NCBI GenBank assembly: GCA_964408775.1
Contig: CAYPAP010000001.1
Location: 89,524-153,523 of the forward strand
Source: an uncultured Gammaproteobacteria bacterium
Lineage (GTDB): Bacteria > Patescibacteriota > Patescibacteriia > Patescibacteriales > UBA12465
Length of the DNA stretch: 64,000 nucleotides
Reading direction: 5' to 3'
Shown: piece after piece, positions 10,698 through 19,545 of the stretch
How positions within the stretch are numbered: position 1 is the first letter of the stretch
Layout: the number at the start of each line of letters is the position of its first letter
The notes under the pieces: model-generated
What the model saw: only the letters and a program-made list of their open reading frames with translations
The model's database searches: none
Told to the model about the DNA's origin: nothing
Position numbers and translations under genes: made by a program

Positions 10698-11111
10698 TTA
10701 AAAATTAATTAAATAAAGTGCATATAAAGAGAGCAACAATAAAATGTTTAGAAATAATAATAAAGCTAACAGAAAATGCGCTAGAAACTTAAAGTCATCT
10801 CTTTTAGTCAAGAATAACAAAACTATTTTATTTACGATAATAAAAGATAGGCCAAATATCGGCATCATAAAGAAGGAATTACGATGACCAATTAAATCAA
10901 TTCCAAAATCAACATTATAATGCAAAATAGTGATGTCCTGACTAATGTTTTTATACATATAATAGGCCCCTAACCACAGCATTAAATTTAAAAAAATAAT
11001 GACTATGAAATAGACCTTGATAAATAAGAATCGAAACAAACTATTTAACAAAATTTTATACTTATGAAAGAAGACTCCCAAGGAATCGTAAATTTTAATA
11101 AAAAAACCCAT
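10698..11111 (-). CDS. hypothetical small membrane protein
   Basis: 137 aa with 3-4 hydrophobic segments. No family recognised. Confidence 0.5.
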   Translation of the reverse strand: MGFFIKIYDSLGVFFHKYKILLNSLFRFLFIKVYFIVIIFLNLMLWLGAYYMYKNISQDITILHYNVDFGIDLIGHRNSFFMMPIFGLSFIIVNKIVLLFLTKRDDFKFLAHFLLALLLFLNILLLLSLYALYLINF

Positions 11112-11217
11112 AAATTTTAGTAAATTTGATTATTCTTGCTATTATTATTTTTATCTACTATCATTTTAGCATATTTAAATATAATATAAAATATGCTATA
11201 GTAAAGTAAATAAAAGT

Positions 11218-11889
11218 ATGACTATATTCTGCATAATACCAGCCTACAACGAATCTAAAAACATAGCCCAAACAGTTACGTCTGTTTTAAGCTATGTTGA
11301 TAAGGTTATTATAGTTGATGACTGCTCTCAGGACAAAACCATCGAAGAAGTTGGAAAAATAAATAATGAAAAAATTAAAATATTGCGTCATCCCATAAAC
11401 TTAGGGCAAGGAGCAGCCCTACAAACCGGGAATAATTATGCCCTAAGAAATGGAGCTGATATTATTGTTCACTTTGATGCTGACGGTCAATTTCTGGCTG
11501 AAGAAATTTCTCAAGTGATTGAGCCGATAAAAAATGGTGAGGCTGATATCGTTTTTGGTTCTCGTTTTTTAAATATTAAATCAGATATTCCGGCTTTTAA
11601 GAAAAATATTATTATGCCTTTGGCGAAATTATTTAATTTTATATTTTTTGGTATAAAAACCAGTGATCCTCAAAGTGGTTTTAGGGCTATGACTAAGGAG
11701 GTCGCCGAGAAGATTAAAATTGAAAATAATCGCATGGCTCATTGTACCGAAATTTTAGCCAAAGCCCATAAATATAAATTTCGTATTAAGGAAGTACCAA
11801 TTACTGTTTTGTATAAAGAGTTTGGACAAAAATTTTCTGGAGGTTTTAGAATAATTAAGGATTTATTTTTTAGAAAAATTAGTGGATAA
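11218..11889 (+). CDS. family-2 glycosyltransferase (polyprenyl-phosphate sugar synthase-like)
   Basis: 223 aa. IIPAYNES...VDDCSQD...FDADGQ (GT-A DXD). Confidence 0.8.
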   Translation: MTIFCIIPAYNESKNIAQTVTSVLSYVDKVIIVDDCSQDKTIEEVGKINNEKIKILRHPINLGQGAALQTGNNYALRNGADIIVHFDADGQFLAEEISQVIEPIKNGEADIVFGSRFLNIKSDIPAFKKNIIMPLAKLFNFIFFGIKTSDPQSGFRAMTKEVAEKIKIENNRMAHCTEILAKAHKYKFRIKEVPITVLYKEFGQKFSGGFRIIKDLFFRKISG

Positions 11890-11951
11890 TTATCGCGTAA
11901 AGCCACGTATAGCTCGCCACGTAAACGTGGCTCACACGTGGCTCGCGATAA
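11890..11951. repeat. GC-rich rod-like palindromic element (TTATCGCG...CGCGATAA)
   Basis: Three nested perfect stems read directly. TTATCGCG (11890-97) pairs with CGCGATAA (11944-51). GCCACGT (11902-08) pairs with ACGTGGC (11936-42). GCCACG (11916-21) pairs with CGTGGC (11926-31) around loop TAAA. The element begins 1 nt after the GT2 stop codon. Confidence 0.65.
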
Positions 11952-11982
11952 ATAAAAATCTAATTAAAATAATTTTAAAAAT

Positions 11983-12300
11983 ATGACACAACAAGTAATT
12001 GCTATTTTGATTTTAATATTTTTTGTCTTTAAATTAGGACTGGAATGGAAAAAAAAATCCATTACTATCAATGAATTTGTTTTTTGGTTAATTTTTTGGG
12101 TAATTGGGGTTTTTGTTATTGCCTTTATTAAACCAATTGATAGATTGGTAATGGATTTGGGCTTTTCCTCTTCGGGTATTAATTTAGTCTTTTATGTAGC
12201 GGTATTATTATTGTTTTATTTGATATTCAGAATGAGGTTGAGGATGGTAAAGATGGAAAAAGATATTACGGAGCTGAGCCGGAAGATTGCTTTAAAATAA
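11983..12300 (+). CDS. small membrane protein, DUF2304-like (usual GT2 partner)
   Basis: 105 aa with 3 TM segments and a charged C-terminal helix; lies immediately after a GT2 gene. The family assignment is from memory of this gene pair. Confidence 0.55.
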   Translation: MTQQVIAILILIFFVFKLGLEWKKKSITINEFVFWLIFWVIGVFVIAFIKPIDRLVMDLGFSSSGINLVFYVAVLLLFYLIFRMRLRMVKMEKDITELSRKIALK

Positions 12301-12310
12301 AAATAAAAAA

Positions 12311-13054
12311 CTAATTCTTACAGTAATAAGTCCGGCTTTGGACGTGCGGTCCACAATAGGTGTCTTCTTTTATTGCCAGAACCTCAAAGCCACTATCTCT
12401 CAAAAATTCTTTCATATCCACCTCAGAAATAAAACTCATCTTAATAGGGTAAAGCCCTATTTTTTGATACAAAAAATTTTCCGAAAATCCGATTAACTTT
12501 AAGAAATTATATAAACGTCTTACCGGTTGAAAACGAAAAGTCCAAGGAATTTTACTGGGTAATTGAAAAACCAAAATTCCGTCATTTTTTAAAATTCGCT
12601 TAAATTCTATAATACATTCTTTTATCAGCTCCCTATTGGGTAAATGCTGCAAAACTATGCCCGAATAAATAAAATCAAATTTATTATCAGAAAAAATTTT
12701 TAAGTCAGCTTCATTGATAAAAAACTCAGCTGGTAATCCACTATTTATCTCCCTGGCCCTTTCTATCATCGGGCGAGAAATATCAGCGCCATTATATTTG
12801 AAAAAATATTTTAAAAAATGACGAGTTAAGCGCCCCACCCCACAGCCAAAATCTAACATTTCGGCCTTTGCTGGAGTAATATCAAGACTTCTTAATTCAG
12901 AGAAAATATTTTCTACTTCCTTTTCTCCGGTTTTTAAAAATTCCTCTAAGTTCCAATTGTTAAATCTCTTAGAGCTATCAGACAAAATTGCCCACAAAGG
13001 GTCTAGTTCTCCTAGCTTTTCCCAGTTTTTTTTATGTTTTTCAATTTGACTCAT
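12311..13054 (-). CDS. class I SAM-dependent methyltransferase
   Basis: 247 aa. Motif I LDFGCGVGRLT, with ...GILVFQLP downstream. Confidence 0.75.
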   Translation of the reverse strand: MSQIEKHKKNWEKLGELDPLWAILSDSSKRFNNWNLEEFLKTGEKEVENIFSELRSLDITPAKAEMLDFGCGVGRLTRHFLKYFFKYNGADISRPMIERAREINSGLPAEFFINEADLKIFSDNKFDFIYSGIVLQHLPNRELIKECIIEFKRILKNDGILVFQLPSKIPWTFRFQPVRRLYNFLKLIGFSENFLYQKIGLYPIKMSFISEVDMKEFLRDSGFEVLAIKEDTYCGPHVQSRTYYCKN

Positions 13055-13110
13055 ATTTTTGTATTCATATACACTAAGTTAATTATATCAATATAGAATT
13101 ATATTTTCAA

Positions 13111-13140
13111 ATAAAAAAACCGGTTCTTGGTGAACCGGTT
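13111..13140 (-). terminator. intrinsic terminator
   Basis: Minus strand reads AACCGGTTC-ACCAA-GAACCGGTT (9-bp perfect stem) followed by TTTTTTTATTT. It lies 23 nt after the stop of 13163..13783. Confidence 0.75.
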
Positions 13141-13162
13141 AGATGCCTTAGTGGCGAAGAGC

Positions 13163-13783
13163 TTATTGCTTCCAGACTACTCCCAGCTTTAAAAGCTGGA
13201 CTTCGCCGGTAAAATTGTAACCGACGTCGGTGTAGGCTGATAACTTTTGGTTTATTGGTTGTGTATACCTCAACCCAGCAGTATGTATGGGTTTGTTGGT
13301 GAGGTAATGTATCAAACAATAATTTGCCTCAACTCTCCAGTGCTTAAGGGTGATTTGATTAACTGCGAAGGCAAACTTCGAGTCTTTCGGCCTAGACAAA
13401 TTCTGATCGAATTCACCCAATGTCCAACCGACCCAATGGAAAGTTGATATAAAGGGCGCCGGAGAGAAAACTGCCTGCGGACCAGCCCAGGGAGTATTAA
13501 AGTAATACCCAGCCGATGGACCCACAAGGAGCTTGTCCTCAAAAAATCGGAAAAAGTTGGTCACCATAATATCGTTGTCCGATATAGTGACAATTGTGAA
13601 CGATTTTTTGGAGGAGAAGTTGAAATCAATATAGGTGCCCTCGGTGAGAGCACCTTTCCCTGAAGAAACCTTCAATTCATCGAAGGTTACCTTCTGGTTA
13701 ATTGAATCCGGCGCTTCGGTGACGGCCATCGCAGTCAAAGATAGTGCAAATATGCACAAAACAATAAAACTGATTTTTTTCAT
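13163..13783 (-). CDS. secreted hypothetical protein, beta-rich (paralogue A)
   Basis: 206 aa. Signal peptide MKKISFIVLCIFALSLTAMA; alternating hydrophobic pattern; C-terminus ...LLKLGVVWKQ. Confidence 0.7.
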   Translation of the reverse strand: MKKISFIVLCIFALSLTAMAVTEAPDSINQKVTFDELKVSSGKGALTEGTYIDFNFSSKKSFTIVTISDNDIMVTNFFRFFEDKLLVGPSAGYYFNTPWAGPQAVFSPAPFISTFHWVGWTLGEFDQNLSRPKDSKFAFAVNQITLKHWRVEANYCLIHYLTNKPIHTAGLRYTQPINQKLSAYTDVGYNFTGEVQLLKLGVVWKQ

Positions 13784-13822
13784 GGTGATTTTTTTGTTTG
13801 GTTTTAGTTATTGATTGTTTGA

Positions 13823-14449
13823 TTAATTAATCTTCCAATTAACCCCCAACTTCAAAAGTTGGGTTTTGTTTGTGATATCATAAGCGATGTCGGTATAAGC
13901 CGAAAGATCGCCGTTGATTTTTTGGGTGTACCTCAGACACGAAACATGCTTCGGCTTTAATTCTTGAAAATGAATAATCGTATGCGACACCCGAAATCTC
14001 CAGATATCATAGCAAACAGAATTTACCAGAAAAAGGAACGAAGGCTCAACTTCCCAGATACCCTCTGGCTGGCCAAATGAATAACCGGTCCAATGCAGGG
14101 TCGAAAACCCCTTGAAAGGAGAAGTTATCGCGATTGCTCCGACGTAAGGAACATTTTTAAAATATCCACCGCTCGGACCAATTTTAATTATTCTCTTTTC
14201 TCCAATAGAGAAGAGATGATTAACCAAAATCTTATCCTGAGCAATAGTTATTTGCGACGCTCCATGGTTCGCAGAGCTTGAATTAAAGATAACATAAATT
14301 CCAGATCCTAAGGCACTACGTCCCGAGGAGAAATCAATGTTTTTTAACTCAAATTCTGGGGTTGTCTGAACAACCGAAGAATCGATCTGAGCCTAAGCTT
14401 GAGCGAAGGCTACACCAAGCAAAAAAGAAAAAAACAACATTTTTCTCAT
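13823..14449 (-). pseudogene. paralogue B of the secreted protein, interrupted by an in-frame TAG at 14393-14395
   Basis: Hand translation: MRKMLFFSFLLGVAFAQA-TAG-AQIDSSVVQTTPEFELKNIDFSSGRSALGSGIYVIFNSS...VNHLFSIGEKR..., which joins the 134-aa track ORF (that ORF begins at a TTG). It aligns with paralogue A throughout, e.g. LRYTQKINGDLSAYTDIAYD...QLLKLGVNWKIN. Confidence 0.7.
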
Positions 14450-14641
14450 AATCTTTATGGTTTTAAGGTTATTAATTAAATTGTTTATAAACCCCACCTA
14501 AATTCACTAATCGAAAGCAGATGAATTCAATAAACAATTTAATTATTAAACCTCTTTGTCAAAGAACCAAATAACTATGTATTATAGCATATTTCTAATA
14601 ATATGTCAAGGATTTGAGCAAAAAGGCCCTAATTTAGCAGT

Positions 14642-14670
14642 AAAAACAAAAAAACCTCTCCAGCGAGAAG
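14642..14670 (-). terminator. intrinsic terminator after the DEAD-box helicase
   Basis: Minus strand reads CTTCTC-GCTG-GAGAGG (one G-U pair) followed by TTTTTTTGTTTTT, about 28 nt after the stop. Confidence 0.55.
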
Positions 14671-14697
14671 TCTTCTTTGGCTAAAAAAATTTAAACA

Positions 14698-16005
14698 TTA
14701 TCCTCTTCTACGATTAAAGTTACCAGATCGACCCTTTGGTTTCCTGGTAAAAAACTTTTTATTATTACCTCTATTATTACTATTAGACCTAACACTATTA
14801 CCACCTCCTCTACTGCCACTATTATTACTATTATTACCACCTTTTTTATTAGCCCTATTAATCAACACCTCATCCGAGCCCATTCTGCGAATTGGTAAAT
14901 TCTTTTTTATTAATCTCTCTATTTTTTGGATTTGTCTAATCTGATTAGATAAAGAAAAAGTTATAGCCTTGCCGCCCTTACCAGCCCTGGCTGTTCTACC
15001 AATACGATGAACATAGTCTTCGGAATTATCCGGCAGATCATAATTCAAAACTAATTGAATATCATTAATATCCAAACCTCTGGCCGCAACATCAGTGGCC
15101 ACCATAATTCTACTAGAAGCATCTTTAAAGTCTTGCAAAGATTTTTTTCTTTGATTGAAAGATAAATTGGAGTGGATTTCTACAGACCTATAACCATTGT
15201 CGTTAAGTCGCTTGCACAAAGAACTGGCCCCATATCTAGTTCTAACAAAAATCAAAACTAGTTTTCGGTAGTCACCCAATATTTTTATTAAATTTTTAAA
15301 TTTCTCTTCCGATCTAATTAAATAAATTTCTTGATCAATTAAATCCACGGTACTGCCCGATGGAGCCACTTGAATTTGAAGTGGAGTCTTTAAATATTTT
15401 TCAGCTAATTTAATTATAGCCGCTGGCATGGTAGCTGAGAACAATAATGTCTGGCGAGTTTTTGGTGTTAATTTTATTAACTCCTCAATTTGCGGAGCAA
15501 AGCCCATATCAAACATCATATCAGCTTCATCTAAAACTAAAAAAGAAATATCATCCAGTCTAATTGTTTTCCTTCGCAAGTGATCTAATAATCTCCCCGG
15601 AGTAGCCACAATAATATTAGGATTTCTTTTTAAGGAAAATAATTGTCGATTAAAAGCTTCTCCTCCAATAATGGAAATAGTTTTTATACCCAAACCCCAA
15701 GCAATTTTTTTTAAATTTTCCTCTACTTGATTAGCCAACTCTCTAGTAGGAAGTAAAACTAAAGCTCGACCTCTAGAGCTTAATATATTTTGAATAAGCG
15801 GAATACCAAAAGCAAAGGTTTTCCCAGTTCCCGTTTGAGCGACCCCCATTAAATCATGCCCCTTAATAGCTGGGGGAATTGATTTTCTTTGTATTAAAGT
15901 TGGTTCTGTTATCCCATTTTTTGTTAAAATAGATAAAATCCTACTATCAATACCGAGACCATCAAAACCGCTAGCCTTTTCACCCTTTTCTTCGTTTTTT
16001 TGCAT
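14698..16005 (-). CDS. DEAD-box ATP-dependent RNA helicase
   Basis: 435 aa. Motifs AQTGTGKTFAF, PTRELA, VLDEADMMF, SAT and HRIGRTARAG, with an Arg/Gly/Asn-rich C-terminal tail. Confidence 0.9.
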   Translation of the reverse strand: MQKNEEKGEKASGFDGLGIDSRILSILTKNGITEPTLIQRKSIPPAIKGHDLMGVAQTGTGKTFAFGIPLIQNILSSRGRALVLLPTRELANQVEENLKKIAWGLGIKTISIIGGEAFNRQLFSLKRNPNIIVATPGRLLDHLRRKTIRLDDISFLVLDEADMMFDMGFAPQIEELIKLTPKTRQTLLFSATMPAAIIKLAEKYLKTPLQIQVAPSGSTVDLIDQEIYLIRSEEKFKNLIKILGDYRKLVLIFVRTRYGASSLCKRLNDNGYRSVEIHSNLSFNQRKKSLQDFKDASSRIMVATDVAARGLDINDIQLVLNYDLPDNSEDYVHRIGRTARAGKGGKAITFSLSNQIRQIQKIERLIKKNLPIRRMGSDEVLINRANKKGGNNSNNSGSRGGGNSVRSNSNNRGNNKKFFTRKPKGRSGNFNRRRG

Positions 16006-16016
16006 AAAATGTAAAT

Positions 16017-18041
16017 TTAAAATTTAAAGTAAAAAATCATGACCTTAGAGTTATTCACACTGTAGACTAGGTCAGCCTCTACTCTAGCCTCTTCTGCGAT
16101 TTTAGTAAAGCCCCACCAATAATCATTAACCACAAAGTAAGCCCCCTCAGCTCCGACCTCAGTCATTAGCCCTAACATCAATTCCCTACTAGGTTCCTCA
16201 ATCATCTTCAAATAATAGTCATATAATAATCCTCCGGTCTGAACGGAATAATAAAGCCAAGGACCATAATACCTTTTAAAGCCATATTCTTTAATAGCAC
16301 TAGCTCCCACCTGTTGATTGGCTAAGACAATATAATTATCATTCTCCTTAACACTCTCGATAAAGCGCACGGCCGAAAAATCAGAAGAAGAAACCGAAAA
16401 AGCGCGAGAATTAAAATGATTATCTTTGCGCGGATAATTTAAATACAGTGAAACCAAAAGTAAGGCCGACAAAAATATTAAAATAATAATTTTAAAAAAT
16501 ATTTTTTCTGATTTTACTTTTTTTATTAAGCAAATAAAAATTTCATAAAAAACTGGAAGCAAGAACAAGAATGATAATATTAAAATTCTACCAGCATAAC
16601 TTCCTTTGTCTATTTGACTTAAAAATGGGAAGTCTATAAACAAACTTAATAAATATGAAAGCATTAGAGCTAGAGAATTAAAATAAAAAATTTTTAATTC
16701 CTTGAGACGGTATTTAAGAATAAAAATTGTAGCTAATAAAAATAAAATTAATAGCCACCAATTTTTATTGAGACCAAAAAAATAAATAAAGTTTAAAATG
16801 ACGCTTTCCTGCCCGACTAACCTAGGAGCCCAATTAGATAAATTGATATTAGAAATAGAAAATCGGCCACCAGAAAATATTAGAAGTATTGGTAGTATTA
16901 TAATTTGACCTAAATAAGCTAAGTATTTTAAAGCATTTAGCAACTTATAATTAAATTTCAAGCTCCACTTCCCTGTTTTCAGCAAACTTCCATTATTTTT
17001 AATGTTGCTAATAAACAAAATAAAGGTAAAAATAATTGCTGGCACTCCGGCCAAGGGATGAATAAAAAATACTGATAAGGCCAGCGAGAATAAAAAGAAG
17101 AAATTAAATCTCTGAATAATAAAATTTTTATTAAAAGAAAAAATTAATAAAATAATTAAAAACAAAAAGGCTAAGTTTTGCGGAACGGTGTAAGTAAAGA
17201 TTGAAAATGGTAAAATTAGAAATAATAATAAAGGCCAAATAGTTTTATGAAATCCTCGTTTTTTAAAATTAAAAATAAAGGTCAAGGGAATTAATACGGC
17301 TGATAAAAATGGGACTAGCAATTTATCCAAGGTCTCCAAAGAAAAGGGCCAAATTTTTAAAATAAATAATTCCAAAGTATATTGACCGAGATAGTAAATA
17401 GTTTTGGGCTCCATAACTCCAAATTTCAAGATATCAGCCAAGGCACGTTGATGAAGTAATTGATCATAACCAAAAGCAATTTTATAGACAAAAAAGGAAA
17501 TAGAAAAAAATAAAAAATATATCATGGTCATAAATAAATACGACCACTTACTTTTGAAATAAAAATCTACAAATAAAGCTACTAATAAAAACCAAAGAAA
17601 AATCCAGAAATAATTGGGTAAAAATTGCCAAGGTGATGCAATGGCCGAGAGACTTCCGGATCTAAATAGTATTTGAAATAGGATGAAAAATAATGTTAGG
17701 GTTATTAGGGGTAAAATTATCTTCAAGAATAGCCCAAATAATTTACTGCTAATCCTGGATTCCAGTTCTCGCTCTATGCCTGCCTTAGCCACGGAGTGGC
17801 GTGGGGGGAAAAATGACGAGGACGAAGAAAGCACACCTTGTTGATTGCCCCCAGAAATGCTAAAATATATTAAGATATAAGTTAAAAATAACGACAAAAT
17901 TAAGGTAATTACTACCCCCAAGTCATTAAATTTGTAAAAATAATACCAAATAGAGCCGATATTAATAATCAGCGACAAAAACAATAGAAAAATTAAGAGG
18001 AAATTTTTTCTAAAATAATTTAAAAAAGTATTAAAACTCAT
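16017..18041 (-). CDS. large polytopic membrane protein with a C-terminal soluble domain (possible GT-C-type glycosyltransferase/polymerase)
   Basis: 674 aa with more than 12 hydrophobic segments, divergent from a GT4 gene. The function is inferred from context only. Confidence 0.4.
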   Translation of the reverse strand: MSFNTFLNYFRKNFLLIFLLFLSLIINIGSIWYYFYKFNDLGVVITLILSLFLTYILIYFSISGGNQQGVLSSSSSFFPPRHSVAKAGIERELESRISSKLFGLFLKIILPLITLTLFFILFQILFRSGSLSAIASPWQFLPNYFWIFLWFLLVALFVDFYFKSKWSYLFMTMIYFLFFSISFFVYKIAFGYDQLLHQRALADILKFGVMEPKTIYYLGQYTLELFILKIWPFSLETLDKLLVPFLSAVLIPLTFIFNFKKRGFHKTIWPLLLFLILPFSIFTYTVPQNLAFLFLIILLIFSFNKNFIIQRFNFFFLFSLALSVFFIHPLAGVPAIIFTFILFISNIKNNGSLLKTGKWSLKFNYKLLNALKYLAYLGQIIILPILLIFSGGRFSISNINLSNWAPRLVGQESVILNFIYFFGLNKNWWLLILFLLATIFILKYRLKELKIFYFNSLALMLSYLLSLFIDFPFLSQIDKGSYAGRILILSFLFLLPVFYEIFICLIKKVKSEKIFFKIIILIFLSALLLVSLYLNYPRKDNHFNSRAFSVSSSDFSAVRFIESVKENDNYIVLANQQVGASAIKEYGFKRYYGPWLYYSVQTGGLLYDYYLKMIEEPSRELMLGLMTEVGAEGAYFVVNDYWWGFTKIAEEARVEADLVYSVNNSKVMIFYFKF

Positions 18042-18070
18042 ACCTATAATATAGCAAAAAATACAAATAT

Positions 18071-19171
18071 ATGAAAATTGCCCAAGTGGTCTGTGTCTAT
18101 CCGCCCTATGCTGGAGGAATTGGCACCTCAGCCCTAAAACTACAAAAAACTTTATCAGCCCAACACGACACTCATGTTTTCACAATTAGAGACAAAAACG
18201 GAATAACCGAAGATGACGAAAAAAATAATATAATTAGATTAAAACCATTCCTTAAATTAGGTCATGGGGCGATTTTGTGTTCTCTATTAAAAAAATTAAA
18301 GAGCTTTGATGTTGTTTATTTCCACTACCCTTTTTTTGGAACTGGAATAATAATCTGGCTATTTAAAACTCTATACCCTAAGAAAAAACTAATAATTCAT
18401 TATCACATGGATGTTCGTCATAAAAATATTTTATTTAAGATATTAAGCTGGCCCGAAGAAATTATTAAGAAATCATTATTCAAAAAAAGTGAAATCATTG
18501 TTAGTGCTTCGTTGGATTATATAAAACATAGCCAAATAAAAAATATTTATAAAAAATACCCAGATAAATTTAGGGAGATTCCTTTTTCAGTTGACACCAA
18601 CGAATTCAAACCGCTGGAAATGGATAAAAAAGAAAATATAATATTGTTTGTTGGGGGGTTAGACAAGGCTCATTACTTTAAAGGGGTTGATGTTTTAATT
18701 AGAGCGATAAGCGAAATAAAAAATATTGAGCTAGAATTAAGAATTATTGGTGAAGGTGAATTAAAAAATGAATTTAAAAATTTAAGCCGAGATTTAGGTG
18801 TTGAAAACAAAGTTAAATTTCTAGGTCGACCAGACAGAGAAAGCTTTATAAAAAACTTTCAACAAGCCAAGACTCTAGTTTTGCCATCAATCAATAGCAA
18901 TGAAGCTTTTGGCATAGTCTTAATAGAGGCTATGGCTTGCGGAACGCCAGTAATCGCCTCTGATTTACCAGGAGTTAGAACTGTTTTTGAAAATGAAAAA
19001 TCGGGATTATTAGTAGAACCAAAAAATGTTGAGGATTTGAAAAATAAAATTGAGTTAATTTTGCAGAATGAAGAAAAGCAAAAAAACATGAGCCAGGAGG
19101 CCTATAAACTAGCACAAGCAAGATATACGGAAGAAATAATTAACACAAAGACATTAGGCTTGTTTAATTAG
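18071..19171 (+). CDS. family-4 (GT-B) glycosyltransferase
   Basis: 366 aa. ...NEAFGIVLIEAMACGTPVIASDLPGVRTV (the EX7E region). Confidence 0.85.
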   Translation: MKIAQVVCVYPPYAGGIGTSALKLQKTLSAQHDTHVFTIRDKNGITEDDEKNNIIRLKPFLKLGHGAILCSLLKKLKSFDVVYFHYPFFGTGIIIWLFKTLYPKKKLIIHYHMDVRHKNILFKILSWPEEIIKKSLFKKSEIIVSASLDYIKHSQIKNIYKKYPDKFREIPFSVDTNEFKPLEMDKKENIILFVGGLDKAHYFKGVDVLIRAISEIKNIELELRIIGEGELKNEFKNLSRDLGVENKVKFLGRPDRESFIKNFQQAKTLVLPSINSNEAFGIVLIEAMACGTPVIASDLPGVRTVFENEKSGLLVEPKNVEDLKNKIELILQNEEKQKNMSQEAYKLAQARYTEEIINTKTLGLFN

Positions 19172-19214
19172 CATAAACCCTGTTGTGCCTCCGTCTTTGC
19201 TGAAACCTCTATCT

Positions 19215-19545
19215 GTGTCACCCCCGGCGACCCACGTTAGTTTTCTGAGGTGCGTAGCACGAAGAAAACTTTTACGTGGGGAGGAAAGGGGGACCAGGGT
19301 TGGTCCACATAAATAATAATGCTTATAAAATGACCAAAGAGCACAATTATTATATTTATATATTATTAAATAAAATTAGTATAAAAAAATAATCTCATTT
19401 AAAGAAATGAGCTTAGAGGCATTAATTAATAACCGAATATTTATCGGTTTAACCCTGGACCCCCTTCCCTCTCGCGTATAGCCATTTTTATAAACATTAC
19501 TTCGTAATATTTATAAAAATGCCACGCGATCGCCGGGGGTGACAC
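19215..19545 (+). other. 331-nt nested inverted-repeat element (predicted four-way junction): cis-regulatory RNA or MITE-like element
   Basis: P1 is GTGTCACCCCCGGCGA (19215-30) paired with TCGCCGGGGGTGACAC (19530-45), 16/16. Hairpin 19231-19280 has stems 7+7+4 bp. P2 pairs 19281-19301 with 19451-19471, 19/21. Hairpin 19472-19529 has stems 5+12+5 bp. All four helices abut with no spacer nucleotides. The downstream ATG is at 19546. Confidence 0.6.

Noticed and set aside
13107-13542. Overlapping track ORFs (13107..13319, 13247..13447, 13312..13542).
   Set aside because: They are alternative frames within, or antisense to, the secreted paralogue A gene, which has a signal peptide and a paralogue supporting its frame.
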